Origin: Vulcanisaeta distributa DSM 14429
Lineage (GTDB): Archaea > Thermoproteota > Thermoprotei > Thermoproteales > Thermocladiaceae
NCBI RefSeq assembly: GCF_000148385.1
Contig: NC_014537.1
Coordinates: 1,560,001 to 1,592,000, forward strand
Length of the DNA stretch: 32,000 nucleotides
Direction of reading: 5' to 3'
The translations under genes were made by a program, and so were the position numbers. A model generated the notes under the pieces. It was not told the origin of the DNA, searched no databases, and saw nothing but the letters and a program-made list of their open reading frames with translations. Below are positions 19,654 through 27,245 of this stretch, one piece after another. How positions within the stretch are numbered: the first letter of the stretch is position 1; each line of letters starts with the position of its first letter.

Positions 19654-20811
19654 GTGTTTAATACGACAGAAGTATATGTCGTAGCCCACTCCCTGGTGCC
19701 AGGCGGTAGGCATTATGAGAAAGGACTGAAGGAGTTATTCGCCGATGCATTTCTGAAGGTCCTTGATCAAGTCGGTAATGCCAACCTAGGCGCAATATAC
19801 GTGGCCAACGCCTTCTCTGAGGTGCTTCAGGATCAAAGCGTTCTCGGGGCTTACCTTGCAGACTACGTTGGCCTTAGGAGGATACCGGCCATTAGGATTG
19901 AGAGTGGTGATGGGTCAAGTGGTATCGCGGTTCTGGAGGCCTATAACATGGTTAAGGCGGGGATCTACGATTGCGTTGCGGTTGTTGGTGTTGAGAAGAT
20001 GCATGACGTCGTTAATGTTAAGTTGAATAAGGCCCTATCCACAATAACCGACTACGAGTATGAGGGCTTCTTCGGAGTGACACCGGCGGCACAGGCGGCG
20101 ATGGCAATGAAGGAGTACATGATCAAGTATGGCTACGACTATGAGGACCTGGCAATATGGCCAATAAAAATGCATGAGAGAGGTAGCAAGAACCCACTTG
20201 CATACATGAAGAAGCAGGCAACGCTTAAGGACGTGCTTGAGTCAGAGGTCGTTGCGGACCCACTGAGGCTTTATGACGTCGCGCCTGCCGTGGATGGATC
20301 AGCCGCAGTAATACTGTGTAATAGGCCCATTAAGAGTGATGCTGTGATTAGGATTGATGGTATTGGCGTTGGTGCCTATGGTACTTACCTGGGCCAGAGG
20401 GATTCTTTGACGGAGCTTTACTCCGTTAGGGATGCCACAAACATGGCCCTTAGGATGGCTCACGTTTCAATAAATGACATAAACCTGGCGGAGGTTCATG
20501 ACACGTATAGCATACTTGGCATGCTGGCTCTGGAGTCGATGGGTCTCGTGAGGCTTGGTGAGACACCGAGGCTACTATCCACGGGCGCGTTGGACGCGGG
20601 TAATAAATTAATTGTTAATGCCAGCGGTGGGCTTAAAGCCATGGGATTCCCTGGCGGGGCATCGGGTATGTATGAATTAGCGTTGATGGTTATGGAGTTG
20701 ATGAATGTAAAGCCCTTTGAGTCGCTGGGTAGGGCTGAATTGGGAATTGTCCAGGATATGGCCGGTTTTGACCTGATATCAACATCGATAATACTCAGGA
20801 GGGTGAGCTGA
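19654..20811 (+). CDS. thiolase-fold protein (SCP-x/archaeal acetoacetyl-CoA thiolase-like) with substituted catalytic positions
   Basis: Collinear with remembered archaeal thiolases (VVGVEKM, ADPLRLYD..P..DGSAAVIL, AEVHD, NASGGLKA.G.P.GASG). I chose GTG 19654 as the start, giving 385 aa, the typical length. The ORF-track start at 19564 would overlap hmgA by 35 nt. Confidence 0.8.
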   Translation: MFNTTEVYVVAHSLVPGGRHYEKGLKELFADAFLKVLDQVGNANLGAIYVANAFSEVLQDQSVLGAYLADYVGLRRIPAIRIESGDGSSGIAVLEAYNMVKAGIYDCVAVVGVEKMHDVVNVKLNKALSTITDYEYEGFFGVTPAAQAAMAMKEYMIKYGYDYEDLAIWPIKMHERGSKNPLAYMKKQATLKDVLESEVVADPLRLYDVAPAVDGSAAVILCNRPIKSDAVIRIDGIGVGAYGTYLGQRDSLTELYSVRDATNMALRMAHVSINDINLAEVHDTYSILGMLALESMGLVRLGETPRLLSTGALDAGNKLIVNASGGLKAMGFPGGASGMYELALMVMELMNVKPFESLGRAELGIVQDMAGFDLISTSIILRRVS

Positions 20812-20812
20812 C

Positions 20813-21223
20813 ATGGTGGACCAGAGACTATCCATACCAAGGTACTGGAGGAGGATGCCCCAGTACTACAGGCTCGAGGGTATTCAATGCGTTAAGTGTG
20901 GTCGAATATACTTCCCACCAAGGGCCGTGTGCGAGTGCGGTTCTAGGGAGTTTAAGCCATACCCATTACCAAGCACCGGCAAGCTCCTGAACTTCACCGT
21001 GCTTTATTCAGTGCCCGTTGAGTTTGAGAAGATGAAGCCTCTGATCATAGGTGTGGTGGATCTTGGCGGCGTTAAGGTTGTTGGGCAAATAGTGGATTGC
21101 ATGAACCCCGAAAAGCTGAGTCCTGGCATTGATGTTGAGGTTGTGTTTAGGATGGTTAAGATGGATGGCACATACGGCCTAATAAACTACGGCTATAAGT
21201 TCAGACCAATCAATAATTGCTAA
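20813..21223 (+). CDS. DUF35 OB-fold/zinc-ribbon protein (thiolase-associated scaffold family)
   Basis: The N-terminal ribbon CVKCGRIYFPPRAVCECGS is followed by an OB-fold-like beta region. The ATG is 1 nt after the thiolase-like stop, which suggests translational coupling. Confidence 0.85.
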   Translation: MVDQRLSIPRYWRRMPQYYRLEGIQCVKCGRIYFPPRAVCECGSREFKPYPLPSTGKLLNFTVLYSVPVEFEKMKPLIIGVVDLGGVKVVGQIVDCMNPEKLSPGIDVEVVFRMVKMDGTYGLINYGYKFRPINNC

Positions 21224-21713
21224 ATCTCCTAAGAATCAAAACCCTCACCTTAAACGCCCTCCTAATCCAATCACAGGAGCCGCCATTACTCACGCAGAGC
21301 ATGTATGACCTAGCAATGAATGCCAAGTCCGCCAGGAAGCCTGCGGTTACGTAATCCTGAGCCTTCAATGCATGAGTCATACGGTCGACTATGTAGGAAT
21401 ATACCGTGGCAGGATTTACGAGATCATCATCAATATCCGCCAGGTAATCCCTATTTATTCGCACCTCACCTCTGACCAACCTGACGTATTGGTAATATGA
21501 CACCGCGGCGGATATCGTGTTACTTAGGTCATTACCGTTGACGACATCTAGGTAAGGCTTAGCATAATCGCCACAAGCCATTAACCTACTCACTATGCTC
21601 TCCCTATTGCCACTGCCGATTAGTGTCCATAGGAAATCCTCCATGGCACCTATTACCTCTTGACTACACTCACTCCTCTTCACTTGATCCCTGCTTACCT
21701 GCATACTCATCAA
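21210..21713 (-). CDS. hypothetical protein downstream of the KaiC-like ATPase
   Basis: 167-aa ORF. The longest form overlaps the ATPase 3' end by 44 nt, and the internal ATG at 21644 would remove the overlap. No motif recognised. Confidence 0.45.
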   Translation of the reverse strand: MMSMQVSRDQVKRSECSQEVIGAMEDFLWTLIGSGNRESIVSRLMACGDYAKPYLDVVNGNDLSNTISAAVSYYQYVRLVRGEVRINRDYLADIDDDLVNPATVYSYIVDRMTHALKAQDYVTAGFLADLAFIARSYMLCVSNGGSCDWIRRAFKVRVLILRRFSNY

Positions 21714-22545
21714 ACCACTTCTTCAACTCCTCAATACTGGGCTCTATAAGTGTTAATCCCTTGCCAGGCTCAATCTCATACTTCATAGCCTTCCTATAGT
21801 GGTTAGTGAGCCTCGCCTTCTTTATAATGAGCCAACGCTCAATCTCCTTCTTCCTCTCTGGCTGCTCAATCCACATGTGGATGATGGCATCTGCAATATG
21901 CTCGGCGCCAAACCCGAAGGTCATACCGGTGGTTGGCGCGAATTGATTCGTCATAATTACAGTGACGTTACTCCTATACAGCCTCTGCCTCAGTCGATAA
22001 GTGATTAACCTGGCCATTGCCGGGGCATGAGCCCACATTGGTGCTAGGGAGTCGATGATGACTAGGACATCCCTCGTTATCTTACCCTCCTCGCTAACGC
22101 CGAGGACCTCGTAAGCCCTCTCTATTGCTGAGATCACGACCTCCATACTCAATGGCGACTTAGCCTTAGCCTTACCCTCCTCATCCTCACCAGCCCTAAG
22201 CAACTCCCTATACTCCCTAGCCAAGCCGAAGAGGTCAATCACGACTAGGTTCGTCTTCACGTCCTTGACCTTCCCAGCCAGTACATCGGCAAGACTAACC
22301 GCATCACTTAGGTCAATATTGAATTGTTTAGCCTGCCTAACAACATCGAAGAACCTGGTCTCCGTACTCACGTAAACCACAGGCATTGCATCCACATTAG
22401 CCCCCGCAGCCTGTATCGTGAGGATGGACTTACCAACACCTGGCTCTCCAGTCACTAGAAGCCAGTTACCCCTTGGCACACCACCAAGCAGTGCATAGTC
22501 AAGCCAATTAATCCCAAGGCTAATTCTCCTTACTGCGCTGGACAT
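21670..22545 (-). CDS. single-domain RecA-superfamily ATPase, KaiC/RadA-like (COG0467-type)
   Basis: Contains LD..LLGGVPRGNWLLVTGEPGVGKS (Walker A) and VLVIIDSL (Walker B). An A/T box (TTTTTAAATT on the minus strand, 22568-22577) lies 23-32 nt upstream of the ATG. Confidence 0.8.
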   Translation of the reverse strand: MSSAVRRISLGINWLDYALLGGVPRGNWLLVTGEPGVGKSILTIQAAGANVDAMPVVYVSTETRFFDVVRQAKQFNIDLSDAVSLADVLAGKVKDVKTNLVVIDLFGLAREYRELLRAGEDEEGKAKAKSPLSMEVVISAIERAYEVLGVSEEGKITRDVLVIIDSLAPMWAHAPAMARLITYRLRQRLYRSNVTVIMTNQFAPTTGMTFGFGAEHIADAIIHMWIEQPERKKEIERWLIIKKARLTNHYRKAMKYEIEPGKGLTLIEPSIEELKKWFDEYAGKQGSSEEE

Positions 22546-22601
22546 TGGGGAAGAGAGATATTGCCGAATTTAAAAATCATTTTAATAATGACTTAGCCAT
22601 A

Positions 22602-23585
22602 TTACACTCTCATCTGCTTAATGTCTGGGAAGTCATCTTCAAAGTACTCATGCTCACCCCTAATACCCTTGCTTCTCTTCTCACGTTCAAGGCCCCTAAG
22701 TTCAACACGCCTGATCTTACCGCTGATTGTCTTAGGTAGTTCAGGCACGAACTCAATAGCTCTGGGCCTCTTATACGGCGCTATGTTAAGCCTAATGAAC
22801 TTGAATATGTCATGGGCCAAATCCTTACTTGGTGTGTAGCCTGGCTTAAGGACAATGTACGCCTTTGGTATAAAGCCCCTTATCGGGTCTGGGCTTGGGA
22901 CCACGGCAGCCTCAGCAACGGCCGGGTGCTTCAATAAGTCACTCTCCAGTTCAAACGGGCTAATCCTATAGTCGCTTGACTTGAATACGTCGTCCGCACG
23001 GCCAACGAAGTATAGGTAACCCTCCTCATCCATGAAAGCCACATCACCCGTGAAGTACAGGCCGAGCCTAAACACCTCCCTATTCTTATTTTCATCATCA
23101 TAACCAACCATTAGGCCAATCGGCCTTGGGCTAGTCCTAACGGTTATGTGCCCATCCTTATTAATACCCACGGGATTCCCATCCTCATCAACGAGGACTA
23201 CGTCATAGCCAGGGGCTGGTTTACCCATTGAGCCAGGCTTAATCTTCATGCCGGGGAAGTTACCAACCATGAGCGTGGTCTCCGTCTGCCCATAGCCATC
23301 ACGTATGTACTTACCCGTGGCCTTGTAGACACGCTCAATTACCTCTGGATTAAGCGGCTCGCCGGCGCTCACGAAGCTCTTAATCTTCTCTAAGTTATAC
23401 TTCGTTAAGTCCTCGAGAATTATCATACGCCAAACAGTTGGTGGCGCACATAGTGTGTCAACACCGTAATTCTCAAGAATCTTCAAATGATTAGCCGCAC
23501 TAAACCTACCACTATAGTCATAAACCACGGTAGTGGCACCAGCATTGAAGGCTGCGAAGAATGTCGACCAAGCCCACTTAGCCCG
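22602..23585 (-). pseudogene. C-terminal fragment of an AMP-forming (medium-chain/acetyl-type) acyl-CoA synthetase; no start codon of its own
   Basis: In-frame homology begins at (R)AKWAWSTFFAAFNAGATTVVYDYSGRF and continues through CAPPTVWR, GYGQTET, YFTGD, GRADDV and PKTISGKIRRVELR (ANL-family core motifs). Confidence 0.85.
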
Positions 23586-23591
23586 AGAATG
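23583..23591. repeat. 9-bp direct repeat CCGAGAATG (copy 1) at the lower junction of the insertion
   Basis: An identical 9-mer occurs at 25324..25332. The two copies bracket the inserted segment. Confidence 0.8.
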
Positions 23592-23598
23592 TGAGGTT

Positions 23599-25065
23599 TT
23601 AGGCCCATGGGCCCTGGGCGGGGCAATTTAGCCTCCTCATTGCCTTGGTTGCTTCTTCGCGCATTCTTTTAAGCACTTCGCAGACTTTAATGACCAGCTC
23701 TGGGTATTTCTTAATTGTACTCATGTTCATGTAGACTACGAACTTCTTGCCCTGCTTACTTAATTCGGCTTCGTAATTAGCACCTCGAAGTTTTTCCCAA
23801 ATTGCCTTAGCATCCTCGAAACTCTTACGGTTAGTCCTTAACTCCACTGAGCCGTCTTGTCTCACGTGGACGTTCATTGATATGCTATCAATTATACTAA
23901 TTGACCATCTGCCTTTTTGCTTGACTCTTATATTTGCTAGCATTATTAAATTCCTTAATTTTTCCCCATCCGGCAAAGCGCTTAAATCCTTGATTATAGT
24001 TGCAACTTCTTGGTTATTGAGCCATCTCTGAGCAAGGGCTACGGCCTTGAAGGACCTAATTTCGAAAACTTTCACGTCTTTTTTATCGTCTTCGTCAAAT
24101 CCGCATTCCCTTAACCTTTTAGTTATATTACCCCACGTCTCATATTTCGAATCGCCTATTGTAAGTCTGACTCTCCTTTTTTCAATATCGATATTGCCGT
24201 CTCCGAAAACGGCGGCCAATAAAAAGATTAGAAAGTCTTTCTCATTCATATTGAGAATCTTCCTAACAATCTTAATCTTATCTTTGACTTTATTGTTAAT
24301 GGAAACTAAGCATAATTTAACTTTAATATCATTGTTAATATTTACGTTATCTATATGTATATATACTTTATTTGACCATGCTAGCGCCCAAATAATTGAT
24401 TGCCAGAGATAAACTGTACTCATTTCTGGACGGTTTTGGATAACTGATCCATCTGTTAGTAACAGACCGTATCTTATTGCTTTGGATATGTTATTTTTCA
24501 GCGTGTTAGGCGTAATAACGTGTATACCTTTTAGTTTCTTTAATGCTATAGCCATTGTTATACCCTTCTCCTTAGCCATTTTGTGCATCCTGATTGTTAA
24601 ATGTTCCGTATATATGTATATTATAAACGATTCATTCTCGTTAAATGGCTCGCCTCGCATGATTATTGTTGCCTCACCTCTCCTTAACTTTTCAATCAAT
24701 TCCTCAAGCTCTCTTCGATAAGTCCTCAGCCACTTTTCTCGTGCTTGCCTCACGAGCTCAATCATCTTCTTGGCTGCCTCGATCATTGCCTTCCTCAGTT
24801 CGGCGATGGTTGGGTCATTGTTCTCCTTGGCCTTCTCCTCCATGCTCGTTAGCCAAGTATCTAGTTCGTTGATTGTTTTATCGAACGGCGTTACCGACTC
24901 ACTTAATAGCACGCCTTTGTGCTTCTCCACCCTCCTAAGGAACTCATTGATTAACTTCATTACTTCCTCGATTGTTTTTGGGTCGTTGACGGACTCACCG
25001 CATTGAAGCCGCTTATTACCCCTTACCTTCACGCCCCAGCAAATCCTCAAGCCGTTAAGAGCCAT
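23599..25065 (-). CDS. double-LAGLIDADG-like homing-endonuclease-family protein with long N- and C-terminal extensions
   Basis: Two dodecapeptide-like motifs lie about 85 aa apart: AIRYGLLLTDGSV and FLIFLLAAVFGDGNI. The region after motif 2 (RVRLTIGDS...ALAQRWLNN) resembles the I-DmoI C-terminal half (RLRIWNKNK...IVSRWLNN) as I remember it. The N-terminal ~190 aa is helical and charged, with a conserved CWGVKV.G.KR..CGE.VNDP start. Confidence 0.78.
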   Translation of the reverse strand: MALNGLRICWGVKVRGNKRLQCGESVNDPKTIEEVMKLINEFLRRVEKHKGVLLSESVTPFDKTINELDTWLTSMEEKAKENNDPTIAELRKAMIEAAKKMIELVRQAREKWLRTYRRELEELIEKLRRGEATIIMRGEPFNENESFIIYIYTEHLTIRMHKMAKEKGITMAIALKKLKGIHVITPNTLKNNISKAIRYGLLLTDGSVIQNRPEMSTVYLWQSIIWALAWSNKVYIHIDNVNINNDIKVKLCLVSINNKVKDKIKIVRKILNMNEKDFLIFLLAAVFGDGNIDIEKRRVRLTIGDSKYETWGNITKRLRECGFDEDDKKDVKVFEIRSFKAVALAQRWLNNQEVATIIKDLSALPDGEKLRNLIMLANIRVKQKGRWSISIIDSISMNVHVRQDGSVELRTNRKSFEDAKAIWEKLRGANYEAELSKQGKKFVVYMNMSTIKKYPELVIKVCEVLKRMREEATKAMRRLNCPAQGPWA

Positions 25066-25148
25066 GGTACATCCATGGGACTAATCCCAACAAGGCTAAT
25101 AAGTCACTACCGACCCAGTGCTGAATTGAGTTAAGCACATAATTGAAA
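25066..25148 (-). repeat. 83-nt conserved leader immediately upstream of the LAGLIDADG-type ORF (copy 1)
   Basis: In element orientation it aligns by hand, with two single-nt indels, to 31405..31487 at roughly three quarters identity. It starts TTTCAATTAT and ends ATGGATGT(A/T)(C/T)C before the ATG. Confidence 0.7.
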
Positions 25149-25323
25149 GAAACCAAGCACCTAAGGGCGTAAGGTCATGCACGGAGCACAACCAATCCAC
25201 AGTCAGCACCCACATAAGCAATAAACTAAAAGCAGCAAGGCAAAAACAAAATGTAATAAATCGTGAGGATAATGAGGGGAAAATACCTTCTTATTTATTG
25301 ATTTTCACGAACCACTGAGATAA

Positions 25324-25332
25324 CCGAGAATG
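25324..25332. repeat. 9-bp direct repeat CCGAGAATG (copy 2) at the upper junction of the insertion
   Basis: Identical to 23583..23591. Confidence 0.8.
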
Positions 25333-26099
25333 CCAGGGCTTGAGATGTTCATGTGTCTATAACCGGGCTTGGCACCCACCCAGTACATCGTTGTTAGGTG
25401 GCCGATTGGGTAGCTTGAGTGGGTGTGCATTACCATCTTCGGCTTAGCCGTCGTACCAGACGTGAAATAGACAAGTAACAATTCATCGGTTTTAGTCCTA
25501 ACTCCCTGGAAGTTCTCAGACTTACCACTCGTTAATTCGTAATAGTCGAGCCAACCAGGGCCTGGCTTACCGAGGGTTATGAAATACTTAACACCAAGCT
25601 TCTCAAGCCTATCCCTAACCTGGTTAATCTTGTTAACAACCTCTGGGTCGGCGATTATTGCCTTGAAGTGCGCCCTCGCAGCCCTATCCTCAATATCCGC
25701 CGGTAATAACAGTGTGGTGGCTGGCGCAATCACGGCGCCCATCTTCATGAGCGCCAGGAAGGTCTCAAAGAGCTCAGGTCTGTTGTTGAGCATCACCATG
25801 ACGACATCTCCACGGCCAATGCCCAGCTCGGTGAGTGCGTTGGCTAGTCTGTTAGATCTGGCCCTAAGCTCGGGGTAACTAAAGATCCTGGAATCACCGG
25901 TCTTAAATAGCTCATCATTTATGTATACGAGGGCGGGGTTTGTGGCTGTCTCTGCAAGATGCTTATCGAAGTAATCCACAGCCCAATTAAACTCGCCAGG
26001 CGGTGGCCACCGGAAGTTCGCCTTAGCCTCCTCATAACTACCCGCATTTAAGAGCATGTTTCTCTGTTTAAGGAACTCGTCAAGAACTACGCTAGCCAT
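25332..26099 (-). pseudogene. N-terminal fragment of the AMP-forming acyl-CoA synthetase
   Basis: 256 codons with the P-loop-like motif YFTSGTTAKPKMV, ending ...HMNISSPG. The reading frame then runs 8 codons (ILGYLSGS) into the insertion and stops at 25305. An A/T box lies upstream of ATG 26099. Confidence 0.85.
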
Positions 26100-26302
26100 T
26101 ATAACTTAGTGGTTCTTGATATTAATAAATTTTATCTTATTATCTTAATAGTATATTCATTAAGTGAATTAGCATATTAGATCAATAAGTGCTGTAGTAT
26201 GTTAAAAATAAAAATTATTAATCAGCTCGTCTCTTCCTAAATCACCGGTCATCCATATCATCGACCCATCATCACTAGAGTAATTATTTTTATTCGGGAA
26301 TT

Positions 26303-27145
26303 TTAAGCTTGAAGGCCGATTAATGATGCAATTATTATGCCCGTTATGACGGCTACAAAGCCCAGCGTTGATTTTAGGTTCAGTTTCTCCTTAAGCTTGG
26401 TTATTGCCAGGACCTCGGTGATTACGGGTGATAGTGCCGTTATTAACGTTGGTACCGCAATCCCTGCGTAATCCACGGATAGTACGTATAGGGGACCTCC
26501 AACGCCGTAACTAATTAATCCGGCGAGGAAAACCTTACCGCTGATTTTAACTTTGAAGCCCTCAATAGCCATCTTCAGCATTAATGCGCCAATCATTAGG
26601 GTGACGCCTCTGACGAATATTATGCCCCAGGGACTCGTGTATTCATAGGCCCTGTACAGGGCTAGGAAGGAGAAGGCGTAGAGTATGGCTGAGAGGAGGG
26701 CCATGAAGTACCCGTAAAAGGTTCCTTTGCCGGAGCCCATTATTAAGTAGAGACCGATCATTATTAGTATGGCGGGCCACGCGTACGTTAGGTATGATGG
26801 GCTAATCACGAGTAGTATTATTGGGAGTAGAACTACGTAAGCGTAGGAGATTACGTTTGCAATACCGACATCAGCATACCTAAGTGAGATTAGGAATGCG
26901 TATGTTCCAAGTACAGGCCCGAGCACCGCAAAGAGGGTCCCATAGAGCCAGGCGCCATAGTTTAATGGTGGTCTGAGTAGTATAAATGGCACGGCAAGTA
27001 CGAATGCGCCTAGTGAATTCGATATTAAGTCATCGAGTGCGCTGTCCGTTGCGCCTACCCTGTAAAGTATTGGTGATACTGCCCAGGCTAGTGATGCTGC
27101 CACGGCTAATGCAATGCCGAGTAGGTAGACTAACATATTCTTCAT
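26303..27145 (-). CDS. EamA/DMT-superfamily transporter (10 TM)
   Basis: Two repeated 5-TM halves and very hydrophobic. The ORF opens at TTG 27163; the first ATG is at 27145. Confidence 0.78.
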   Translation of the reverse strand: MKNMLVYLLGIALAVAASLAWAVSPILYRVGATDSALDDLISNSLGAFVLAVPFILLRPPLNYGAWLYGTLFAVLGPVLGTYAFLISLRYADVGIANVISYAYVVLLPIILLVISPSYLTYAWPAILIMIGLYLIMGSGKGTFYGYFMALLSAILYAFSFLALYRAYEYTSPWGIIFVRGVTLMIGALMLKMAIEGFKVKISGKVFLAGLISYGVGGPLYVLSVDYAGIAVPTLITALSPVITEVLAITKLKEKLNLKSTLGFVAVITGIIIASLIGLQA

Positions 27146-27245
27146 CACGGGTGTAAAGCCCAAGCATTAAAAGGCATACTCCTAATTCATTAATTGAACG
27201 TTGGGTTAGATAAAGTATTAAAGTTTCTCGTGATCCTAATAATCA

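Larger units (their letters stand above)
23592..25323 (-). mobile_element. ~1.73-kb insertion carrying a LAGLIDADG-type ORF, interrupting the acyl-CoA synthetase gene
   Basis: It lies between the two collinear gene halves and is visibly lower in GC than its flanks. It contains one 488-aa ORF in the same orientation as the host gene plus a ~250-nt non-coding leader. It is bounded by a 9-bp direct repeat, and I saw no terminal inverted repeats. Confidence 0.7.

Noticed and set aside
24047-25006. Four plus-strand ORFs (24047..24412, 24482..24721, 24666..24872, 24770..25006)
   Set aside because: They are antisense or alternate-frame shadows inside the LAGLIDADG-type ORF. They are low-complexity Ser/Leu-rich translations with no motifs.
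23592-25323. Classical IS element or transposon
   Set aside because: There are no terminal inverted repeats (ends TGAGGTTTTAGG... and ...CCACTGAGATAA). No DDE, serine or tyrosine recombinase-like ORF is present. Excision at the 9-bp repeat does not restore the target frame.
23583-25331. Intein interpretation of the insertion in the acyl-CoA synthetase
   Set aside because: The host frame hits a stop 8 codons into the insert. About 250 nt of non-coding leader precede the internal ORF, which has its own ATG and is followed by its own stop. I saw no Cys/Ser...His-Asn splice-junction residues.
23560-25360. Bulge-helix-bulge (archaeal splicing endonuclease) intron interpretation
   Set aside because: I searched both junctions by eye. 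There is a 7-bp exon-exon complement (CAAGCCC/GGGCTTG). A helix(7)-bulge(4)-helix(3)-bulge(3)-helix(5) arrangement can be drawn, but its bulges lie 5' of the central helix, the opposite polarity to genuine BHB motifs. No 3-4-3 motif gives the expected PG-W-AK product. This is unsupported rather than experimentally excluded; an RNA-level test is listed in the findings.
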